From Lingula anatina (Eukaryota; Animalia; Brachiopoda): a DNA stretch of 64,000 nucleotides. The DNA is taken from contig CM120640.1 of NCBI GenBank assembly GCA_051362555.1, positions 55,344,788 through 55,408,787 on the forward strand. The letters run 5' to 3'. The position numbers were made by a program, and so were the translations under genes. The notes under the pieces were generated by a model that was given only the letters and a program-made list of their open reading frames with translations, was not told the DNA's origin and did not search any database. Below, piece by piece: positions 39,001 to 47,100 of this stretch; the stretch's first letter is position 1; each line of letters opens with the position of its first letter.

Positions 39001-42000
39001 TATGGATCGTTTACGCGTCACGCCAGGTGTCGCATGACACCTGGTACCATGTGACTTGACGCGGGAATCTTGAATGTAATAAAGCAGAACTCACAACATA
39101 CAGACACATCTGTACATATTAACTGTACTGTTTGAGAACAGTAAGTGACATGGTTTTTCTTAAATGGTCATCATGGGAGCAGTGCCCAAAATAGGTTTTT
39201 TTCAAATTTTGATGCAATATTACATAATGTTTAACAGCATAATGATCATCAATTTTTAATAATAAAATATTAGTATCATGGACAAATAGTAAACGTGACT
39301 AACAAAGGTTTTTAGGCCGATGGAACTTCAAAGTCACACCTTCAAAATGCCAAAATGTAAACAAGACTGCACTGTTCTGAAATGGGCTTATTTCCATTTT
39401 TTAACACTTTTTTAACATAAAACAAAATTAATAGGTTACTGCCATTTTTATAAGATCAACTAAGAAAATTGATGAGATGTGAAAAATATCAATAGAACAG
39501 TGTTAAATGTCCAATTTCTTCCATTCTGAGATTCTGAACATAGTGAATGATTGAATCTGACAAACTGCAATGATATGAGTTTATTTCCATTTTTGACACT
39601 TTATTATACAATACACGATAACAAGTTTACCATCATTTTTACATAATCAACTAACAATGTTGTAAAGATGCAGGAAATGTCAAACAAACACTTTTACGTA
39701 TCTTATTACTTAAATAATAAGGCTATTAACATGCCTAAGAATTAAATCTGAGGAAATCTGAGGAAATGTGAAAAAACAGCATTACTTCTAAAATAATGCC
39801 CCGATTATGCTGATTTTCGAACTCAACCTGCGTTTTAGTAAGATTGATTATTCCTGTGAGTGTCATGACAACAGGCCTAACGGTTTTCCTTAAAATGTGT
39901 TTACAAGGTTGCATATATGCTGAAAAGTGAAAAAACAGCATAACTTCTACAATAATGGCCCGATCATGCTGATTTTCAAACTTGACCTGCGTTTTATGAA
40001 TATTCATCAGCTCTGTAAATATAAAGCCAAAAAATGAAACTGCCTTCCACTTATCGTGTTTACAAGGAAAGTGCACGGCGACGGCATCGGCATCGGCATC
40101 GCCATCGGCATCGGCGACGGCGACGACAGACACAGGTGATGGCAATATGTACAGACACATCTGTGTCTGTACATAAAAACTAAGGGTGAGTCAGTTAATG
40201 AAATGAGCTTATTGAGCACTTCACTGAGCAAAATTACTAAATAAAGGAGTCAAAATATTTAACAATAAAATGCTTTACTTTAACTCACTTGTGGGTTTTC
40301 AGGGAGAGCCATTTCATTGCACAGGGGACATTTTTGGGCTGGATAGTTCTTTATACAGGTACGAATCATATACTCACACACTGGGCGAACAGCAGGTTTT
40401 GGCTCAAATGGGGGGTCTCTGCAAAACAATATCACCATCAGAAGTATATCTACTTTTGAGAATTTCCAGACTTTTTTCAATTCTTCTTGAAGTCTTATGT
40501 TTGAAATGTATTTCACTAAAAAACCTGATCCAGATGTGCTGTAAAAAACTTGAAGATTTCATCTGTCTGGAAAATTTTGTTGGAAGACAATTTTCAGCTA
40601 ATGTAATTTTTTTCGCTTTGAAAATTTTGTTGAACTTGAAAATGGGCCTTTCGATAATTCTGAAAAGTTTGTCACCTCAAATGGTGCCGTTGTCCAGCTC
40701 AAACATGATTTTGGACGACCTTACACCCAATCCTGGGAAAAGCCCTGCATGCAACACATGTTGCTATTTAAATGTGAAGTGTTATATATGCCGCATCCAG
40801 TTTATACTGTAAGATTGCAATTAGGATTATCTAGACCCTTCTCCTTTTACTGTAAAAAACTGCATACATCAAATTATTTTGAATATAATGCCATAATTGA
40901 GTTTTTATAATTGCTGTCATCTGAAGATATCAGTACTTACTTAGGTCTCTTTTTAAGAGGAGGTTGTACACACCGCCTTGCTATTTCATTTGCTTGAGCT
41001 AATATGTTGACTGTCAATGGTTCTGGAAAGTTGTGATCAGCTACCTCTATGCTAAAATGGAAATAAAAACAAGGTTGTCTAATCTCTACTGAACATGTTT
41101 AAGTTATACATAATAAAAATACATTAAAAGTTTTAGTGAGTGTTCAGTAAGGCTTCTTTTAAAATAATGGTCTTTTTTTTTATGTTTTCTATAAACAGAG
41201 AGAAACAAACAATACAAATACAAACTTTACATGAACACTTACCTAGACTGATCAAATGGATAATTATCTGGTATTGTGATCTTAAAGTTCATAAAGTACT
41301 GGTCTTTTTTCACTTTAAGAATAATTTGAGATAGTTTCTGCTTTAATTTAATGTCATCACAGTCTTGTAAAAGATCTTTTTTTATGAAAGAGATTTCTTC
41401 ACTGCAAACACACAGGGGATTTTCTTGAATGAAATTCCTGATAAACTTGAGCACCATTAAGACCTGAAAAACAACAATATAGTATACACATTTTCCAAAC
41501 TTACTACTGTCTTATATGTACATTAGATATATGCTTGCATCAATTTTAAGAGATTTTTTCTAAAATGATATTACCTGTTCTCTCCCTAGATATTTTTTTG
41601 CTTCCTCCTCAGCAACTTTAGTGAGTCCCTGCAGAAGCTTGTATGAGAGAGTTTTGCTTTTCAGTTCTATCAAAATTGTGGCATCTGGATATTTATCTGG
41701 GAACATGAGACAAACCACTATGCTCTTGTGTTGTGTTTGCCTGAAACAGAGAAAAGATTTGATTGTTAATAATAATTTTTATAACTTATTCAGAAAAACA
41801 GGCACTTATTATTATAATATAATATTATTATTATGATTTATTATATGTCACTGTTTTGATTAAATAAAAAAATCTTATTAAAATAGTTTATAAATGTCTG
41901 TTAATGAGATTATCATACAAACAATTTAGCTTACTAGTAAGTCAATATTTTCATCTTCATCAATAAAAACAGAGCAGTCAAAATGAAAATGCCATAGAAA

Positions 42001-43049
42001 ACATCTCCATACCTAAAATGTGCCTGCTTTGTGCACAAGAAGCTTTACAGCACACCATGTACTAGCGCTTATCAGTTAGTTTTACATGAATGATGACAAA
42101 ATTGACAGTCTCACTTGTAGACACCACCCTGAGTTTCAGAGCTAACTTGACACTAACCTATTCACTGTAGCCTATCTTCATCGTGTCAAGTAACCTCTGA
42201 CGAAAATAGTTTGACCTAGTTTATATAAGCCAATCAAATCCATGTTTCAAATTTTTTCACCAAAGTTTGGTGAAAACGCTGATTGGTTGACCGTCAATCG
42301 GCAATCCTCGGCTGATTCCGCAAGCTCCATACTAACAACAAAGTTATTGTCGAGTGCGGAGACATCCGAGTAGTTCCGAGTGTATTACCGTACACAAAGA
42401 AAGCAAGGCGAGTGACTACGAAAAAGAATGTGTTAAGTTGTCTCTTTATTCTTTGCAAAATATGAGTAAATCGGAATTGAAACCATAGGGTCTAGCAGTT
42501 TGAGGCCCTGCATCATTATCTACTGAGAGACGATGTTATTTGCGTGCTGCCCACAGGTTACGGCAAGTCCCTGATATCCAGCCTTATCTTTGATTGGTCC
42601 GGATTTGAACAAAGCGCGCTTTGACTCGTTCGCGTTCATTGGCTAGATCGTTCAATGAGTCATTGAGTGCGGGCTTTTAAATTTGATTGGCGGGCGGCGG
42701 AGGCAATCGAATCTGGTCAGAGGTTACTTGACACGATGAAGATAGGCTACAGTGAAGAGGTTAGTGTCAAGTTAGCTCTGAAGCTCAGGGTGGTAGACAC
42801 AGGCTTTCAAGAAGAGAGTAAAAAGAAAGGTGGTTCAAGATTTGCTAATGGCTTATTGGGAAGAAAAATTGTTGACTACTCTGACGGTCTAGGTATTCTC
42901 CATCAGTTTTCCTTATATACTTACTCCAGAACAACTCTAACCATAGCAGGTACACATGCCACTAATTTAGAATCCTTCACCTTCTTCTCACAATTTTCTT
43001 TCACTGACTTCAGTTCACTTTGAATAAAAGCAACACTGTTATCTGACAT
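30055..43049 (-). CDS. Uncharacterised 333-aa protein: two RWD/UBC-like segments + RING-H2 finger (putative E3 ubiquitin ligase)
   Basis: Exons (-) 43049-42925, 41740-41575, 41463-41243, 41051-40941, 40418-40289, 30577-30469, 30194-30055 = 1002 nt, all GT-AG and phase-consistent. Motifs LMFPDKYP and ITIPDNYP (RWD-like YP turns); CPLC...CGHTFHHGC...CPSC (RING-H2); tail AEARWAHQEARRRELDEVVDFLE. Probable non-coding first exon ends at 43863. Confidence 0.85.
31690..32696 (-). mobile_element. Copy A of a ~1.05-kb tandemly duplicated Helentron-associated-like repeat (continues at 39099-39120 after the Gypsy insertion)
   Basis: Colinear with 39130-40175 (e.g. tttgagaacagtaa..tggtcatcatgggagcagtgcccaaa; cttatcgtgtttacaa; cggcgacgacagac); GC-rich microsatellite next to a terminal hairpin. 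Confidence 0.75.
32697..32809 (+). repeat. 5' LTR
   Basis: TGTAGTG...CACAACA, contains AATAAA; identical to 38986-39098. Confidence 0.97.
32811..32825 (+). promoter_or_regulatory. Primer-binding site complementary to the tRNA-Ser(GCU) 3' end
   Basis: TGGCGACGAGGATGG, 1 nt after the LTR, is complementary to ...CCAUCCUCGUCGCCA, the 3' end of eukaryotic tRNA-Ser(GCU) as recalled. Confidence 0.85.
32871..34364 (+). CDS. gag: Gypsy Gag (coiled coil, capsid-like region, CCHC zinc knuckle)
   Basis: First in-frame ATG aacATGG at 32871; QKENESYEEFGSRVR (MHR-like); CYNCHETGHISTNC knuckle. Confidence 0.9.
   Translation: MEPLCSNEIDNSCEETRITHMENEIRHLNSKFEGLCENVYKMTEGLQKFQTEFISYMRRDNPSLLENSAAPLTHAQQGHIEINDPHDADATPVSVTSTESSTHGLAERISSNADFIPDPGQPVVSDPTVPAYRYGRQNYDARGPHLQFCEDVPIFTPTQRSRPVDTPLYTDENRQPPPTGRSFPIYNESHITCPQPPTRFQSYDGSTNFYSYYVKLCCVAESKGWGVKEIYEIMITSLEGKALDEFVKLPPNERMHLHSVVDTLMKCFGKTENSSLARTELAAIKQKENESYEEFGSRVRILALSAYRGTGLFNQMATESFLRGCSDKDLVGKVMCMRPRTLEEAVENARTCGANMQILGLRNENCNKQVRKVIFKEPQSPCTDHIERQNPPNVTRVQFSPRSSSPNRAKSFQSNDAEQRLQNIESSLLELIQLFRQSVNQTQKGNDTQIGTPPRGITRCYNCHETGHISTNCPQKNSDSLNRNRSPVRSNNRPQLQ
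34310..34368 (+). other. -1 programmed ribosomal frameshift signal (slippery heptamer + predicted H-type pseudoknot)
   Basis: G TTA AAC at 34310-16 in the gag frame. The pol frame is open from 34307 (TGA at 34304). 6-nt spacer; stem 1 AGGTCG(34323-28)/CGACCT(34347-52); stem 2 GGTCC(34336-40)/GGACC(34364-68). Confidence 0.75.
34316..38251 (+). CDS. pol: Gypsy Pol polyprotein (protease, RT, RNase H, integrase), likely expressed as a Gag-Pol frameshift fusion
   Basis: AVIDTAAQV (protease), LRYCIDFRALN and YLDD (RT), TDAS..ELLA..TDH (RNase H), H..H..CVAC, DILG/HSDMG/ERQN (DDE), WLGPFKI (GPY/F). No stops or frameshifts. Confidence 0.95.
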   Translation, partial: PQQVACAVQQSTSAAVGPNLIPHTVYCNGMAKGESLVVPIHVNGIKTNAVIDTAAQVTIVSDKLLSQITGEITYGGYHDIKGIPQISLRAREIKGLKLAIGSEVYEWTALAAPIPDNVLLGLDFLKMFECNICLENNFISLTRPDSSDRRRNKVHASIRKGSDNYLVANRVILSKKVAVPPHSEKFVQVPFVAERNKTFLLNAPKHDQKGLSVPYGLISTDFTDACLSCSIALRNETDKSITLKAGHVMGDLEEIERVLGYPESFDSSNVHQSFSVLKVDVNSNDVENNIPEHVRDLWKRSSEDLSDEQSLKLGNLLIKYADVFSKSEFDIGHFTKIKHRIDTNEAKPIKQRLRRTPLGFEQEEKATLDKLLAADIVQPSCSEWASSPVLVRKKDGTLRYCIDFRALNKVTVKDVYPLPQIDECLDVLAGTRYFSTLDMNCAYYQVEVEESSRPKTAFMTKYGLFEFKRLPFGLTNSPATFMRAVNSVLHGLTWRQVLAYLDDVVVLGNSFDDSIANIALVLDRFKENGLKLKPSKCSLLKRSVLYLGKLVDENGIAPNPDSIKAVQRWPRPKCKKDVERFLGLVNYHRSHIKCFAAMSGILYDLTKNKSVFNWTNEHEVAFNDLKQALVHSPVLSFPDSDGLFILDTDASDTCIGAELIQVQNDTEKVISYGSFALTPSQRRYCTTKKELLAVVRFTRQYRHYLLGRKFVIRTDHCSLTWIMRFKLLNGVLARWMEELAQYDFEIQHRSGKNHSNADSLSRIPLQHKDCYYYEDGCDVTKLPCGGCHHCTRLHEEWDRFNKDVDYIGPLSLRSVKTVTPAVDPPRENTGNVELFAKYTASQLREAQLKDNHLLKVIGWIEENVSPSQEELQLCSTAVKFLWTNFNLLSMKDGVLYYSRFDKGSFNPLLVLPKEFQQEALSLCHDPVISGHQGIARTLSKLRQSVFWYGMTTDCKLYVNSCVACEKNKKANRKFRAELQNFHAGAPLERVHIDILGPLTPSKSGNKYILVVVCQFTKWVEAYPLADQTADTVSKTLVNNFIARFGCPTIIHSDMGANFTSELFSNVCSLLSINKTQTSPYRPSSNGAVERQNRTIMQCIRCYLEGQDSNWDEHLSLITSAIRAVPNRQTGLTPNMLMFGRETRQPIDFTFGLKSIKGDVEPNSYVMQLKEKLESVHELARKCLGENLKTQKAYYDANARQTQYCKGDLVYRYNNMSKPGRSKKLQPVWLGPFKIIEVLSPILYKIKTKRKVVVVHHDHLKPCKGRGALKPSKAKCVTPPNVGDDQPQGDRTVKDAVVTRSGRTVIPPIRYC
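38974..38985 (+). promoter_or_regulatory. Polypurine tract
   Basis: GATGGGGAGGAA immediately before the 3' LTR. Confidence 0.85.
38986..39098 (+). repeat. 3' LTR
   Basis: Base-for-base identical to the 5' LTR on manual comparison. Confidence 0.97.
39130..40180 (-). mobile_element. Copy B (uninterrupted) of the Helentron-associated-like repeat
   Basis: Minus strand starts TTTTTATGTACAGACAC-AGAT-GTGTCTGTACATA (13-bp hairpin), then a GTCGCC/GATGCC microsatellite and gtgcactttccttgtaaacacgataa. Shows the empty Gypsy target atatg-TACA-gacacatc. Confidence 0.75.
42125..42792 (+). mobile_element. Non-autonomous DNA transposon with RecQ-helicase remnant (Academ/AcademH-like), 668 bp
   Basis: ~77-bp TIRs CACCCTGAG...CTCAGGGTG; 8-bp TSD GTAGACAC; internal 42496-42576 translates QFEALHHYLLRDDVICVLPTGYGKSLI (RecQ/SF2 motif I). 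Confidence 0.8.
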
Positions 43050-43230
43050 CCTGAAATTATTTTCAAAAGAATAAAATAACTATACCTCTCCAACAAGTTT
43101 AAAAAAATCAGAACTTTAAAAAATGAACTTTCATTGTATTTAAGTTTCATTCTCTTCATACTCTGCATGATTACTATCCACATGATAGATTTTAAATCTG
43201 CTGGGTAAGGCCAAAAACTGAACTAATTAA

Positions 43231-43566
43231 AGGTACGCTCTATGATATTTACACGCTAAAATGGATTTTCCTGGGAAAACAAGCAATTTTCTCATACTGA
43301 AAAATCATTGAACTGTCTCGAATTGCACTTGGATTAGACCTTTTCTAAAATTTATAAAGGTTGTTTTTAGCTAAAAAATGACTGGCCAGTCATCATAACA
43401 GCAACCATTTTCCTATAAGCTTCAATGGAAATATTAACATCAGATATGCTCCAGAAAAAATATTTACAGATTAAGCCATTTTTAATGTGTGTGTGAGGTT
43501 TTATAAGAAGCTGTGGCTGGAAAAAATATAAAGTCTGGTGATTTTCAAAATCTATGGCGTGTACTT
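43231..43566. mobile_element. Diverged Kolobok-type MITE (336 bp)
   Basis: TTAA|AGGTACGCTCTATGA...ATCTATGGCGTGTACTT|TTAA; internal ttttcctgggaaaacaagcaattttctcatac resembles the 3153/13509 family. Confidence 0.55.
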
Positions 43567-43862
43567 TTAAGTTATGGCAGTTTTAATTTTGGTTTCAAAA
43601 ATACTGAATGGATTTTGATCGCGACTTTTTGGACTGTGGTCGACTAGTGCAGTATTCTGAAGTCATTTATGTGGATTTTCAGTAACCAATCAAGGTGACT
43701 GACAACACCATTGAAACTGAGTGACAGAGTGACAGCAAAGCGTGCCTTAATTGCCACTGCCAGAGTTTAGAAAGTGTACGTTAACATCGTTAAATGACTT
43801 ATTCTAAGATTGTTATCATTATAAGTTCCATGTAGCAAGAAGTTTAGACCAATATCGGTTAC

Positions 43863-44149
43863 CTTTTATTTTATTTCAAACCTTGGCTTCCCCTGTTAAT
43901 AAAAGAACTAATGGCTTCGGCGTGTCGTGTTTCTTCTGTAACTTCCGGTTTAAATCTCGCGAGAACTGGCTTTTATTTGAAAAATGTTCATTGGCTGAAA
44001 CATAATCACGTGGATAACGGTCCCGCCAAAAATAAAGCGTGGGTATTTTAAGGAAGCAGTTTGTAATTAGTATAAACAGACGTAATTATACCATCTAATC
44101 TCCCTATGGTAGCGATTTGAAGTCATTCAGTAGTCGTAACAACATCAAC
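43863..44149. promoter_or_regulatory. Bidirectional promoter shared by Wee1 and the RWD-RING gene
   Basis: ETS ACTTCCGG (43941), palindrome TCTCGCGAGA (43955-64), CHR-like TTTGAA (~43976), inverted CCAAT (43990), E-box CACGTG (44007), E2F TCCCGCCAAAA (44021-31); locally CpG-rich. Confidence 0.7.
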
Positions 44150-47100
44150 ATGGATCAATGTAGAGGTCGACTGTTTTCTGATGGTGAAATTGAGCGAAGA
44201 GTTGACAGTGTACCTATTGTAAATTTCGACATTTGCGACGGAGAGGAAGACACGATGGATTCACCGCAAGACGCTTCAATGGAGTCGTTATTCAGTCCAA
44301 GTAGCAGTGATAATGACGCCTCTAGCTTTTGGGAGCGTGAGTTTGCTAGTCCGACACCAGTTTCCAGCCCATGTCGATTACGACCTGCAAGGACAAGGCT
44401 ACGATCCCCATTGCCAGCTTTTGATTTGGATATTGTTGACGAGGATTTTTTAGATTCGGGAGCAAACCAAAATGACAATTTTAAAATCCCATCTAGAACC
44501 AGTTCTCGTGCCGATACACCACCCCACAAAAGACTGAAAGCTCTAAGATTATTTGACACTCCACATACGCCAAAAAGTTTGTTGGAAAAGGCCCAAAGAA
44601 GAACTTTGAGGACCAACAAGACAAAATTATTTGGAGGAAAGCTTACTTCCAGCAGCAGGACAGAGCAAAGAAAAAATGACCAGGAAAAAATTCTTGCTAA
44701 CGTTAACCCCTTTACACCAAACAATAATTCTAAACCCATCAAAAGGACAAGGAATGATGATTACAGGTAATTATTTCAAATATCCGCAATTTAAAAGGCC
44801 AAATTCAAAATGATTTTAAAACACCTTTTGATTAGCTTTTCCTGACTAAAATCTAGGTCAATGAGTCAGATACATGATTATGAGTCATAAGTTTGTGGTT
44901 ACTCACCTGGGTGAATAATGAACTGCCCTTCATTCAAATACCACTTACACAATTTTTATGTGGAATATTTACAATTTTAAATGAGGGTCTATAGGTAATT
45001 GGAAGTTTAAAGTTAAAGCATACTATTCAAATAAATTAAAATATGCAAACTGCCCAGTATTTGAAATTAATGCTGGACCATCTGTCTGGGGTTGACAACT
45101 TTCAGAAGGGGCTGAGAAGTTTTACCACCAGTCAGATATTCCAGTTCAGCTATTTTTCAAGATGGCTGGACTTTTGGTCCAGCAACTAATTTTCCTAAGT
45201 GGCAAACACTTAAACTGCCTTAATACAGCAATTTTTGATAGTAATAATAAATACTCCATATTATATGATGTATTGAAGTCTAAGCTCCTTTTTTCTGCAA
45301 ATTTTTTAATTTTAAAAATTAAATTAATTTTACAGTTAATAAAAGTAACCTAGTTAATGGATGAAAGCACTACTAAGAAGATTCAGAGCATTTAAAATTT
45401 GTAAATGCCTCTGCTTTCTATTATTATTATTATGATTATTTATAAAGCTTCATTAACTGAACAGGTGCTTTTCTTCCCTACACTGTTTGTTTCACGAAAA
45501 AATAGCATTCCAGCAGTAGGGTTGTTTGTCACGCAGGTGTATTCTATGCAGGAAGACCTCTTGGTGTGTTTCAGTTAGCTTCTGTCAAAAGAGCAGGTGG
45601 TGAGGAAACCATTTACAGTTGATTTTTCCCTGATATGTGAGATTGACAGTTGCCCTTTTGTAACAACCATATATTTGGACAGTAAAAGTCTGGCTAAAAA
45701 GTGTATTTTTCAAATTGTCTTTTATTAAGGAACTTTTCTTAATCAGTCAATATTGCATGATTTGGTTTTTAAAGCATTAAATTTAGTCAAACCAGAGTGT
45801 TTAGAAAAGCTTAATAGGTAGGAGGGGGCAATTAATAGTCTACAATTTAAAAAAAATTCTTTTAAGTCAATTAGTAATGTTTTTTTATATATTGAACCAA
45901 CAAACCAATTTCCCTTAATATTGCTGACGGTGTATGATATTTTACTTTTATGACCTTTAGAGATATATCTTTATTTTGAGAACAAAGGTAACCACTGATT
46001 GCATGGTGCACAAACTCTTGAAGCATTCCTTTGGCTTAATTGTGCATGAATGCCTGATTTAAATGGTTTCAACTTGTTACATTGTTAGATAAGAATCTCG
46101 GATCTGTTCAGTGGCTTGGCAGTTGGTTTGTTAAGTTTTATCTGTCTCATCTCCAGTGGTAGTGTTAATTAATTTTGTTCTCTTATCAATGGGAAGGAAA
46201 CTGGCATAAGCTAATATGAAACTGGTTTAACTAATAGAGAAAACTTTTTTATTTGGGAGAGAGATTTAAGATACTCTTTGACTATTTTTTGTCATTATTT
46301 TCACATCATTATTTGGACAGTAATGTGTTTGATGCATAATTACATATTCAGAAATGGGTAAGTTTCTGGGATATACTAAAGGTCTGGTCACCACAAGAAA
46401 TCTGCAGATCCTCCCAATTCTGTGTTAGTCCAAACTAAGTATTTTATTTCCCATAGTCTGTGCTTAAATTTGATTTATTGTTGTGTATTGCATGTTCACA
46501 TAAACCCTGTCAGTGTAAAGCACCTTCAATATCAAAAATCCAAGTCCTCTTTACAATCCAACAGTACAGTATAAATATTTTAAAGGAAATTCACTATAGA
46601 AGGAAATCAACAGAACATCCTTCTAAGTTCTTTGAATGTGCTTAGAAAGAATGTGATCTTTAAATTAACCTAAGGGGTTTGTAAACATTTAGATTCTGTC
46701 AATCTGCTATCCAAAACCTTTCATCTTAATTAAAATTAAATGTTACGTAAGGGTTACGAGAATCTTTTTGTTAGATTTTCAAGAACAGAAGTACTCTAGA
46801 CTAAAAGGAATGTAATTTATCCATTTTTTTTATTAGAAGTATCCTGGATGACTCTGATGATGAAGCAGTGGATGACTCACCCATAAACAAGGTAAACAAG
46901 TTGCATTTTTATTTCATTTTATTTTATTAATATTTTTTCTTATGGGTTCAAACTACTTTATGAAGAGATAAGTAGTGTTGTCATCATTGTACAAATGTAG
47001 TTGTTTTCAAATTGTATTTCTTGAAATGCTAAATGTGTAATTGCTTATATTCACGGATAAATTAGAAGTGTAATTTTATTCAGAAACTAGCTCTTAGGGA

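Larger units (their letters stand above)
32697..39098 (+). mobile_element. Full-length, apparently intact Ty3/Gypsy LTR retrotransposon (6402 bp)
   Basis: Identical 113-bp TG..CA LTRs, 4-bp TSD TACA (32693-96 / 39099-102), PBS, PPT, uninterrupted gag and PR-RT-RH-IN pol; antisense within an intron of the RWD-RING gene. Confidence 0.97.

Noticed and set aside
39735-40160. ORF with a DADG/DADA repeat (and its paralogue 32440-32697)
   Set aside because: Translation of the microsatellite in the duplicated non-autonomous repeat; frames are not preserved between copies.
40270-40812. 180-aa plus-strand ORF
   Set aside because: Antisense to an exon of the RWD-RING gene plus intron sequence; no motif.
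44155-44742. 195-aa minus-strand ORF
   Set aside because: Antisense shadow of Wee1 exon 1.
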